NCBI GenBank assembly: GCA_043228905.1
Contig: JBHGNT010000017.1
Location: forward strand, 868,001-932,000
Origin: Azolla caroliniana
Taxonomy: Eukaryota > Plantae > Polypodiophyta
Length of the DNA: 64,000 nucleotides
Direction of reading: 5' to 3'
The position numbers and the translations under genes are program-made. The notes under the pieces are model-generated. The model saw nothing but the letters and a program-made list of their open reading frames with translations, did no database searches and was not told where the DNA came from. This document shows, piece by piece, positions 1 through 11,100 of this stretch. How positions within the stretch are numbered: position 1 is the stretch's first letter; each line of letters starts with the position of its first letter.

Positions 1-84
1 ACATATAATGGATTTGAGAACATATGCATTGGTGGGGAAATGAAACATTGGGTCTTCTTAAGAAATAAAGTTTCATTACTTTGG

Positions 85-322
85 TGGAATTGGCGCATCT
101 CTATAACAAAATTATTATCTTACAAAGCTTTTTCCCCAAAAAAATTGTCATTATCTTTCTTGTTTTGTGGAATGGATCATTTCCAATTGAGATTATTGCC
201 ATGGAATTGATGCTTCTCTATAACAAAATTATTATCTTACAAAGTTTTTTCCCAGAAACAAATGTCATATCTTTCTTGCTTTGTGGACTGGATCATTTCC
301 AATTGAGATTATGGCCATGGAA
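85..322. repeat. Tandem duplication, ~117-bp unit x2
   Basis: TGGAATTG..CTCTATAACAAAATTATTATCTTACAAAG..GGATCATTTCCAATTGAGATTAT occurs at ~85 and ~202. Confidence 0.85.
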
Positions 323-525
323 AATGCTTAGGGAATGGTTGAGTAGTATATGGTAAGTTGTTCTCATCAACTTTATGTAATAAGATGAGAAGCATACAAA
401 AACCAAGAGACATGTGAAAGCAAAAATTGTATGGTCTAAATTGAAAGGTTGGATGTGATACACTTCCTTTATGGTGAATCAATAGATTCTTCTATAAACA
501 AGGCCTCTTTGCAACGTTAATGTAC

Positions 526-840
526 CATGACATGGGGAAAACATAGAGGTTCATGCTTCACAAAATTGTACTATATATATTACATATAACCACAAAACCA
601 TTATTATTTTTTTGTCGAATGAAGTAAATACACATTATGTTAAAAGAGTTCATCTAGTTGTCCATTTGGGCGATTGCTTTCGACTTATTCATGACATGGG
701 GAAAATATTGAGGTCACTCTTCACAAGTTATAATACATATATTTTACCTAGGCACAAAACTGTATTCGTTGAACAAAGAAACATTAATAATGTTGAGAGT
801 TCATCTACTTGTAAGTCGTCCACTATTTGAGTGATTGCTT
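526..840. repeat. Degenerate tandem duplication, ~163-bp unit x2
   Basis: CATGACATGGGGAAAA at 526 and 689; each is followed by AGAGTTCATCTA and GATTGCTT. Confidence 0.7.
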
Positions 841-1079
841 CCATATAACTTAGTTCACACTTTGATACAATGCTCTACCTCTGGTTACATTTCACTGTGC
901 TTTTACACATCTTCAACCAAACCCAATCATTATACCAATAGTAATTGTGTGCACTCTCAATAGCGGCATTTAATAGTAAAGTTCTTAAGCATCGAGAGAC
1001 TATTCACTTTCACATGTATTACATGAAAACATTATATTTTTGGTCTCATGGGTCATATATAATCTCCAAAGAGTGTAAT

Positions 1080-1136
<57 letters not shown>

Positions 1137-2590
1137 CACACACACAAACAAACAAACAATCAAATAGGTCTTATTGTGCATTTCAAAACATATGATTAAT
1201 AGTGGAGATTAATGTTGAGTTCAAGAAATAGTTTTTGACACATTGGTAATATCAAATGCATTCAACCATAATCGAGTTTGCTTTGCACGTTGCCAATACG
1301 GATCAATCCCATACATCCATTCCTCTCACAAACACAAAGTGCACGCTTGATTGCAACATTTATTAGTAAATGTTTGAACCTCAAGTGTCACTACGACTCA
1401 ATTCCACACATATGTAAAAACAATTTACTTATGTCATATTTGATCTCTAAGGAAAATAATAAAATCTCTCTCCCTCTCTCTACACCGTGGTCATCCTTGC
1501 CTTCAATATGTATGTTGCTATAAGGGTTATTGGACTCCCCATGTCCATATGAATCCAATAAAAGCATCTTTTAGTCATGTCAAATTGTGCATACCAAAGT
1601 GTTAATAATTAGGTAATTAAACATGGGTTAATTAGTACCTAATTATGTGATTAGTTGATAAGCGAAAGATTAAGTGATATGTGTGTGAGAGGAAGAGAGA
1701 CAGAAGTACACTTATGAACAACACAAGATGGGGGATGATTAACTCTATATTAAATTAACATTATCATCATCAAATACAATTTAATACCTACAATGAGGTA
1801 TAAAAGTGTAAGTCCTATATTAAATGTACTTAAGAGTAACTAACTAAACTAAGTTGAGCTTGATCTCTCACACAAAGTATCACCCTCATGTGAAATCTTT
1901 CTGTGTTGAATTGGCAACACCTCCCATGATTGTAGAAATATTATTCTAGATCGTGGCTCTCATTCACAAGATAGGAATCATGCCACCTCAAATAATTTAC
2001 ACATAAGGCGTTTGAAGCACCGAAGCAAATGGCAATTGTAGAACACGTACAAGGTTGATGGTACTCATAAAGGTGATGAAGAGTAAATACAATGGCCTCA
2101 TACTTATAGATGCCACCCCAAAATGATGAAAGGTATTGTAGCAAGATCTATGATAAGGTATTGGGTCAAGATTTGTGGCAACGCCATACCCAAAAGAATT
2201 GGCATGAGCCTCCCCCAAACATGGGCCTAGTACAAAGATCATTTCAAGAATGTTTCCGATGATGGATTCATGGGTAGACAAAAGTTACTTAGGATATATC
2301 CACATGCCCCTCATAGAGCTTGCAAAGAAATAGGCCAACTCAAGAGTTTTCTCCGGCCACCAACTAGAGATCAAGGCAAGATGAGCACTTCATATACCTT
2401 GAGCTAAATGATTTCATGGATCATTATGTGAAGGAGAGAATAAAAGTGAGGAACATTTAGTATGTAGGTGCTCAACTTTCAATTATATTAGAGAAAAGTG
2501 TTATATATTGGGTCTCTCCTGACGGGAGAGATCGGCTAGAATGAGGACCGATCAGAGAGGTTGAAAATTGGGTGTCGGTCGAACCAACTA

Positions 2591-2665
<75 letters not shown>

Positions 2666-2818
2666 CAATTTGTGGTTAGGGTTACGCATTATTACCTCAG
2701 TGTGAGAGAGAAGAACTGTAGAGATTGATAGAGTGTGGAGCTATGACAGCGCATGAGCGACGGAGAGCTCATGGTCCAATAGAGAGCGAGAGTGCAAAGG
2801 GCTAGCTGATGTTCTCTG

Positions 2819-3455
2819 TGTTAGGAAACAGGTCCTTTCGGATGGGAAGAGCATGAGCCGGTTCAGATGGATCCAAACAAGAGGCATCTGATCATGTCTG
2901 GAGCTGAATCCAGAAAAGGACATATCTATAAATATGTTTTGGATGCGCCCACTATAAGCCATATTTGTAAATAGTCCATACAATGTATAAGTATAAAATA
3001 ATGAGATAATATATAGAGTTTGTAAAGAATCAAGAGATGGATTCTTGTGAAGCGGAAGAGATGTGAGTTATGTGTGTGTAAGAGAGAGAGAGAGTGGGAG
3101 AGTGAAACACAGAGAATACGCAAGGTAAAAGTATATTGACAAAGGAGAAAGACTCAACGTTATACAAGGTGGAGGAGGGTGCTTTATGTAGTCACCCTCT
3201 CTCTTCATTAACTACAAGACTCATGGAGCATGGGGAATGTGAAAGCTCATAAGTTATGTGTCATAGAATATGATTCTATGACTCATACTAAATGCTAGAA
3301 TACAATGTGGTGACATAATGGTGACTCTTGACTGTTGGAGTGTCTCTTCACTCTCAAGGTGAGTTCACACACTAGACCAAGTTGAGCTTGATTCTCAACA
3401 GAGTTGTTGTAGTTAATGAGTTGTACAATGTGTATTGAGCGTGAGCTAAGAAAGA
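2819..3455 (+). mobile_element. U3 part of the 5' LTR of old copia element D, interrupted by a solo LTR
   Basis: Starts TGTTAGGAAACAGGTCC, the same terminus as LTR-A. 2913-3000 aligns to LTR-A U3 (GGACATAT..TAAATATGTTT..ATATTTGTAAATAG..AGTATAAA). Confidence 0.7.
3021..3400 (-). mobile_element. Solo LTR (380 bp) related to family C, TSD GAGTT
   Basis: TG...CA termini; GAGTT at 3016-3020 and 3401-3405. Its ends and the GTCATAGAAT..TTCTATGAC palindrome match the reverse complement of LTR 20217-20561. Confidence 0.88.
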
Positions 3456-3925
3456 GACCCGTCCGGTTTCGCTTTCCACGACATGTCCGGTCCCACGCAC
3501 CTCGACCCTCTTGGTCAACTTGTCTGCTCATAAGGCCCATCTCAACTCCTTTGCTATTGCGACTTCGGCGCTTCTCGACCCGTCGGTTCGTCTGTGTTGG
3601 TATCGACTTCTGCGGCCTCCTTATCCGTTTGGCCTTCAGTTGACTCGGCTTCTCCAAATCGAACTCCTCTTCCGAAATGGGTGCATCTGATTCGTTCCAG
3701 CTCTTGTCCGAATTGGTTGTCTCCAATTTGTCTTCAACCTCTAGGCCCTTCACCATGTCAGACCATGTCAGGGTCTTGGCCTTCTCTTTTCGGTAGGCTC
3801 TGTTCTTTTTTACTCTGTCGTCGTCGCCGCTTGTTTCGGCTTGTTTAGATGTGCCGACTTGTTTAGTCAACTTGGCTCCCTTTTCTTCTTGTCTCCCCCT
3901 GCTGCATTTGTTTCCTTCTCTCCGG

Positions 3926-5059
3926 CTATTGTCCGGTGCCATTTCTTGTTATCTCTCCATTTTTCGTTCCGGTTTCGGTTCTCCCCGTATCAATACTGCT
4001 TCTCCCCCTCAAGTGTGGCATGTTGAGATGCTTAAGACCAAGCATCTCCAAAAACTGTTGCAACTTGTCGGTTCCAAGGGCCTTGGTGATTGCCAATCCG
4101 TCTAGACATACCAGAGTTCTACTTCATCGTTGAGGACCTGCACTTCTATGTGCATCGTCTGAGCATAGAACACAGGGTTCTTGGCTAGCTCATGTTATCA
4201 TAGTAGATCGGGGTCGGAGTCAGGACTTCGATCCAGAGGCCTTGCAACAACCGCCGAAGCCATATGGCTTTACATGTGGTTATGGTAGCACTCGATACTC
4301 AGCCTCAGTGCTCGAAAGAGAAAACATGAATCCGGAAGTGGACCATCGATCCGACACATCTCTGGCCCAGTCGACGTCTATATAGCCAACTACTTTCTTG
4401 GTTATATCATGCCGGTATAACAGGCCCCGGTCCTTAGTGCCAAGCTAACATACATCACTAAAGGTGCGCACACTAAAGGTGCTCCATCGTAGGCTTCTGC
4501 ATGAACGAACTTATCGTTGCGACCAGATAGCTAATGCCGGGTCGGGTGATCGTCAAATAAATAAGGTTTCTGACAATTTTTCGGAACCGTTTCTCATCGC
4601 AGGCAAGTACAGAGTCGGGACAAAGCTTTAGGTTCTGATCCAGGGGTGTGGAGACTGGTTGGCAGTTCGTCATGCCAAACATGTACAACATATTTAGCAC
4701 ATAATGTCGTTGAGATAAACAATATGCCGTCGTGGGTGTGGATCACTTCGATCTCGAGGAAGTGATGAAGTAACGAATGCATCCAAAATTTGGGATTTTA
4801 CTTGGCCAATTTCAGCGAGTCCAGGTACGGTGAAGACTAGATCATCTACATGTAACAAGATGAATACTGGACCGTTCAGACCATTTCGTATGAACAGGGA
4901 AGAATCCAACTTCGAGGCCGCAAACCCCATCCTACGCAACCAATGCATGATCTTTGAATTCCAAGCATAGGGGGCTTGCTTCAGGCTATAAAGGGACTTC
5001 TTGAGTCGACATAGTGCCGAGTTGTTCGTCTCCGACTGAAATTCGGGGGGCTGGACCAT
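3926..5059 (-). pseudogene. Copia RT/RNase H fragment
   Basis: ORFs contain CRLKKSLYSLKQAP, LHVDD (YVDD-like) and LIYLTITRP; the end reads TKALG..HLRG. Frameshifts and stops present. Confidence 0.85.
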
Positions 5060-5074
5060 CGAATATATCGATGA

Positions 5075-5400
5075 AGTTCCCTAGAACCACATCTGACAAA
5101 AAGGGAAGTTGATGAACGTTTTGCATGTCCCAACAATCACAAAGAACTTGGTGTCAGTCAGACAGATTTGTCGACCAGGGAATGCACATTCGGTTCACAC
5201 ACCTTGGATGTTTCATTGAAGAAGATGGCAAAGTCATCGCACAAGGGTGCCGAGAAGGGAGGATGTTCATGCTCGAAACAAATGATGTCGAAACCACGAT
5301 GTTTGCAAAAGGGAAAAAGGTCGACTCGAACATCGACCTATGGCACAAATGGTTTGGCCATGTCAACTTCCCGCGGCTTGAGAAATGTAGAAAACACCAG
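5075..5400 (+). pseudogene. Copia protease to gag-pre-integrase fragment, inverted relative to its neighbour
   Basis: VLHVPTITKNLVSV..GCFIEE..GRMFML..DLWHKWFGH; closely parallels element C at 21888-22140. Confidence 0.8.
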
Positions 5401-5979
5401 GTCATTTGAAACAGGTAATATGTCGCAATTTAAGAACAATCCATCCAAAAAAGCCACAAAGTAGGTCATTTCACAAAAAGGACCATCGCATGTGTAAATG
5501 TTTTTGGAAATTGAATCAAAATATATTATACCATGTCCAAAAATTTAGGGCTTTCAAAAAATGCCACAATAATCGACACGTCAAATTTACAAGAGAACAT
5601 ACAAAAATTACAAAATGACTAACACCTATATTTATACATATTTGTGAATCGCCATATTGATGTAACATACAATATTTACATTTCATATATGAGATCCATC
5701 ACTTCCCAGAGATACACCTTCCCCTTCAGATCCACCCGATGAACTAGAAGAGCTTTGTGAGGTCTCATCCTCATCATCACTAGCAACCAATGCATTGTCT
5801 TCATCCAATTGCAATCCAACGTCACCGTTGACTGTGAGACATACTCCTTGTTCGTCTCTATGTTGCATCAATAGGCACATTTGGGATCTTCTCTTTTATT
5901 ATCTTCATTGTAGTCTGTCTTAGATGGCCTATTTTGGTCAAGGAGAAGTCATATACGAGTATGTTGACATTATCAAGTG

Positions 5980-6232
5980 CTAGAGTACTCTGTAACCATT
6001 TGTACACAAAGAAGAGATCAAGGTTGTTGCATTAGTCTAGTCCCATGATGTATTCCTCATGCTATAGTAATTAGTTTGGAGTTTGTGGACTCCTGTGGTT
6101 TTTCCTGTTCAATGTTTTCCGCATTAACATCTCGTGTCTTTGAGTTTGTACACTTCATTTTTCTATTTTTCCTCTGTCTTGTGCTGGAAGTACAGTTGTG
6201 GCCGACTCCATATCTAACAAATTGGTATCAAA
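5980..6232 (+). mobile_element. U5 end of element D 5' LTR plus degenerate tRNA-iMet PBS
   Basis: Aligns to LTR-A/B U5 (CTCCTGTGGTTTTTCC, GTTGTGGCCGA). Ends CA at 6219, then AAT, then TGGTATCAAA (6223-6232). Confidence 0.75.
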
Positions 6233-6260
6233 ACGAAAGGTGACCTTCAAGGAAAGGAAT

Positions 6261-6830
6261 ATGGATGACTCATTCGGTGGAATGTTCAAGTTGACCGGCT
6301 GTAACCACTCCGTTTGGAAGTCGAAGATGAGGGATATGCTGATATGTAAAGACTTGTGGTTGTCGGTGCAATATAGCAAGACCAAGCCTGACAAGATCGA
6401 TGCATCGACTTGGGAAGTCATGCATCTAAAGGCAACGACATACATAAGGTTTTTTATAAACATGAGTCTATACAACAACTTCAATGAGGAGACAGGTGTT
6501 AAAGTCCTGTGGAAGAAGATCGAGTTCGTGTTCAAGAACAAGAATGTCGTTAACAGAGTCTCAGTATTCTGGAAGATTGTGAGACTTAGGTATCCGGATG
6601 GCTCTAGCATGGAAGAGCACCTGAATGCTTTCCAAGAATTGATCAACCAAACCACCTGTCTAGAAGTACCTCTTGCAGACGAGTTATTGGCACTGATGCG
6701 GTTAGGATCCCTTTTGGACAACTAGGAGACGCTCGTTGTCACATTGGGAAACATTGAACCAGAAGGGAAGCATCTATCCCTGGAGAAGGTGAAGTCGGAC
6801 TTATTAGATGAGGAAGCTCACCGAAAGGAC
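6261..6830 (+). pseudogene. Element D gag, 5' part, cut by insertion of element A
   Basis: MDDSFGGMFKLTGCNHSVWKSKMRD..., similar to element A gag. In-frame stop at 6723; interrupted after LLDEEAHRKD at TSD AGGAC. Confidence 0.85.
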
Positions 6831-7468
6831 TGTCAAGAACTACACACTCCCGATGAACAACGGTTGGCCAAAACCAAGCTTAGAATCAAACACAGAAAAC
6901 GGGAATGACTGCGCAACACAATGGAGAGAAGAGAACACATGATGTTATCATGGAAAACCCAAACTAGGGAAAAACCACGGCAGCCCACAGACTGCAAACT
7001 ATCACTATATCAGAATGTACAATAGTAAAGCACCGAGGCAACGACCGCGAGCTTGCTATCTTCGCCACATGCGGCGGTTACAACAGAGGCAACGACCTCT
7101 TCCTCTCTCTCTCTCTCTCTTTGTGTACATTGTTACGCTCTAATCTTGCGCAAACAAGAATGACAACTACAACCTTATTCTCAGTTTGCCCTAAGTCATA
7201 TTTATACTAAAATGACTTTTCGGCTATTTACAAATATAGCCCCGATGGACTCTCAGAAACATATTTACGAATATGTCCCTTCATCCGGTGAGCACTCCTC
7301 ACCGGGCCTGCATCATCCGGCGCTTGCCGGGCACTCATCATCCGGTTCTCACTGGGTCTTCTGTTTCTGGGTACTCCTCATCCGGTTCTCACCGGGTCTT
7401 CCGTTTCCAGGTACTCCTCATCCTGTTCTCACCGGGTCTTCCGTAGCCGGGTACTCCTCATCCGGAGG
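6831..7468 (-). repeat. 3' LTR of element A (main part), with 3 copies of a 40-bp U3 repeat
   Basis: Matches 17444-18305; interrupted at GGAGG by LTR-B. Confidence 0.92.
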
Positions 7469-8071
7469 TGATGAAAATTAATCGACACTTTCCAAACTTC
7501 AACTCTCGTCACAACCAAGGAAACACACGAATCGTTGTTGCAGAAAATGGGAAATGCGAAAAATAGAATGGACACACGATTTAACGTGGAAAACCCTGTA
7601 CGGGAAAAAACCACGGGAGTACAAGACTCCGAACCAAAACTATGCACAGAGAAATATACAATGGCGAGCTGCAAGGCGACGACCTTGAGCTCGCTGTCCT
7701 CGCCACAGGCGGCGGAAATACACAGAGGCGTCGACCTCTTCTTCTCTCACGCTCTATCTCTCTCGCGGCTGCTCTCTCTTCACTCCTCTTGAGTGGAAAA
7801 ACAGAAAAATGATCAGCAACATTAAAACTGTTTGCCCTAAGTCATATTTATACACATATGACTTTGGGGCTATTTACAACTATAGCCTCAAGGGCCCTTG
7901 GCAAACATATTCACAGATATGTCCCCGCATCCGGATCTCTCTCCGGGTACATTCGTCATCCGGCTCCGAAGCCGGGGTCTTCATCATCCGGTTCCGAAAC
8001 CGCAACCGGGCTTGTCGGCATTCATCTCCAACATCCGACCATCTCATCCGAAAGGGACCGTAATCCCAACA
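7469..8071 (-). repeat. 3' LTR of element B (603 bp)
   Basis: TG..CA ends; 2 mismatches in 537 bp versus 12207-12743. Confidence 0.93.
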
Positions 8072-8094
8072 GGAGGGACCTGTTTCCTAACAAA

Positions 8095-8109
8095 CTCCCC
8101 CTTCACTCC
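8095..8109 (-). promoter_or_regulatory. Polypurine tract of element B
   Basis: GGAGTGAAGGGGGAG overlaps the pol stop codon and lies 2 nt before TGTTAGG. Confidence 0.85.
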
Positions 8110-11100
8110 GGCATGGGGTATCTTACTAGTCTGATCCTCTTCCGGCATGCTTCCAGCTTGTCGGGTGTGAGCACCTTGGTCAGCATATCCGACCCGTTCT
8201 CGTCCGTGTGGACCTTCGTCAGCACGAACTCCTTGTCTTCTATCCTTTCCCGGATCCAGTGATATCTTCGCTGGATGTGCTTCGTCCGGGAGTGATAGGC
8301 CGCGTTCTTCGCAAGGTGGATTGCACTCTGACTGTCGCAGTAGAGTCGGTACTCCTCCTGTCGGATACCGAGCTCTCTAATGAAGTCCTTCATCCATATT
8401 ATTTCCTTGCCGGCTTCAACAGCCGCCATGTACTCCGCCTCCGTGGTTGACAACGCAACCGTCTTCTGCAGCCTCGACTGCCATGAAACCGCTCCCCCTG
8501 CATACGTCATCACATACCCTGATGTGGACCGGCTGGTATCTGCATCAGCCGACATATCCGAATCGGTGAAGCCGTCGAGTTCGGGCTTACCGGAGCCGAA
8601 TCGGAGGCACACGTTTGCCGTGCCCTTCAGGTATCGGAGTATCCACTTGGCCGCGTTCCAATGCTCTTTGTCGGGATTGCTCATGTACCGGCTCACCACT
8701 CCGACTGCGTATCCAATGTCCGGTCTTGTACACACCATTGCGTACATCAAGCTTCCGACGGCAGAGGCATATGGCACTTTCATCATGTCCTCCTTCTCAG
8801 CCTTTGTCTTGGGGCTTTGCTTGCTGGACAGCTTGCAGTTTGCCGGGAGGGTCGATCCGACCGGTCTTGCTTCCGACATGTTGAACCGTTTAAGCACCTT
8901 TGTCACGTACTTCTCCTGTGACAGCCACAACTGCTTCTTGCTCCGGTCCCGGATGATGTGCATCCCTAGTATTTGTCTCGCCGGACCCAAGTCCTTCATT
9001 GAGAAGGTTCGGTGAAGAGCCTTCTTCAGCATCCGTATCTTGACCTGGTCCCGTCCGACGATCAACATGTCGTCCACGTACAGGAGGAGTATTAGAAAGT
9101 CTCCTCCTTCGAACTTCTTCACAAACACGCAGTGGTCGGACTGCGTTTTGAGGTACCCTTCGTCGGTCATGAAGGAGTCGAACTTCCGGTACCATTGCCG
9201 GGGAGCCTGCTTCAGTCCGTAAAGGCTCTTCTTCAACCGGCATACCAGGTGCTCCTTCCCTTTCTTCTCGAATCCTTCCGGTTGCTGCATGTAGATCTCT
9301 TCTTCGAGGTCACCGTGAAGGAATGCCGTCTTCACGTCCATCTGTTCTACCTCGAGGTCCATGCTTGCCACTATGCTCAGCACCGTCCGGATGGAGGTCA
9401 TCTTCACTACCGGGGCAAATATCTCGTCGAAGTCGACGCCCTTCTTCTGCTGAAACCCCTTCACCACGATCCTGGCTTTGTATCTCGGGGGGTTTCCGGC
9501 ATCTCCCGGTTTCAGCTTGTACACCCACTTGTTTCGAAGTGCCCGCTTTCCTTTCGGCAACTCCACAAGTTCATATGTGTGGTTCTCATGCAGGGAATCC
9601 ATCTCGTCCTGCATGGCACTCAACCACCTGCGGCTCTGGGTGTCATGCTTTGCTTCTTCAAAGCTCTCCGGCTCCCCCTCGTCGGTTAGCAGCACGTGCT
9701 CTGGTTCCGGAAATCTCCGGGGGGCCCTTCTCTCTCTTAGAGGATATCTCCGTTCCGGAGCTTCGGTAACCGGTTCTTCCGATTCTTCTTCATCCGAATC
9801 CATTTCGGGATCGGGGCCGGTTCCGGTATCATTTTCATCTTCTTCGGCCGGTTCTGTTTCTTCACCGTCTTCGGCCGGATCCTCGAGTGCTAACCAGTCC
9901 CTTGCCGGTCGGGACTGCTCCTCGTAGAGTTGATCCTCACCGGTCGACTTGGAGCTCTTCATCTTCTTCTCCGACTCCCAGTCGGCGAGTGTCTTGTTCT
10001 CCATGAAGATGATATCACGACTCCGGAATATCTTCTTGTCGACCGGGTCCCATACTCGGTAGCCGAACTCGTCATCGCCGTAACCGAGGAATATGCATGG
10101 CCGGGTCTTTGGATCTAGCTTTCCTCTCCGGTCCTTTGCCACATGCACGTATGCGAGACACCCGAACACCTTCAGATGCCGATAGGATACTTCCCTACCG
10201 GTCCACACTCTCTGCGGCGTGTCTCCGTCCAAAGGTACTGAGGGTGATCTGTTTATCACGTATGTCGCCGTCGACATCGCCTCAGCCCAAAACCCCTTGG
10301 GTAATTCCGCATGCGCCAGCATACTCCGGACCCTCTCCATTATGGTCCGGTTCATCCTCTCGGCCAGCCCGTTCAGTTCCGGCGTCTTCGGCACAGTAAA
10401 CTCGAGCCGGATTCCCTTCGAGCGACAGTACTCCGCGAACTGCCCCCGGTATTCCCCTCCGTTATCCGCTCGTATCGCTTTCAGCTTCTTGCCGGATTCC
10501 CTTTCCACTCTCGCGTGGAGTTCTTTGAAGACGCACAACACTTGGTCCTTTGTCTTCAACGGTGCCGTCCACAGCTTCCGGCTGTGATCATCAATGAATG
10601 TTACGAAGTACTGGGCTCCGCCATGTGACTTCGTTTCTACCTGACACACATCAGTGTGTACCAACTCCAATGGTACACTACGTCTCGTCGGTGGCCTTGA
10701 GTGGAAGGAGGCTCGGTTCTGCTTACCGGCCAGGCAATCAGTGCACTTCTCCAGGTGCACGTGCTTCACTGGAATAAGGTTGTCTTCTGCAAGCCTCTTC
10801 ATCCCCTTCTCACTCATGTGGCACAGTCTTTTGTGCCACAGCTCACCGGCAGTGTCGGCTGCCACATTCAGCTCTTCCGGACATAACCGGGCATTCATCA
10901 GGTACAATGTGTTGTCTTTCCGGGCCCGAGCCACTATCAGGCTCCCCTTGCTGAACTTCATTACGCCGTTCCGGATGCTACCTGTGTAGCCTTCATCGTC
11001 TAGCCTCCCGGCCGAAATCAGGTTCAATCGAACCTCCGGAACGTGTCGGACATCCTTCAGCAGCATTTTGCATCCGGTCGGGGTTGTCAACCACACGTCT

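Noticed and set aside
2507-2669. 12-bp inverted repeat ATTGGGTCTCTC / GAGAGACCCAAT, possible MITE
   Set aside because: Half of the match comes from the GA microsatellite, and there is no clear TSD.
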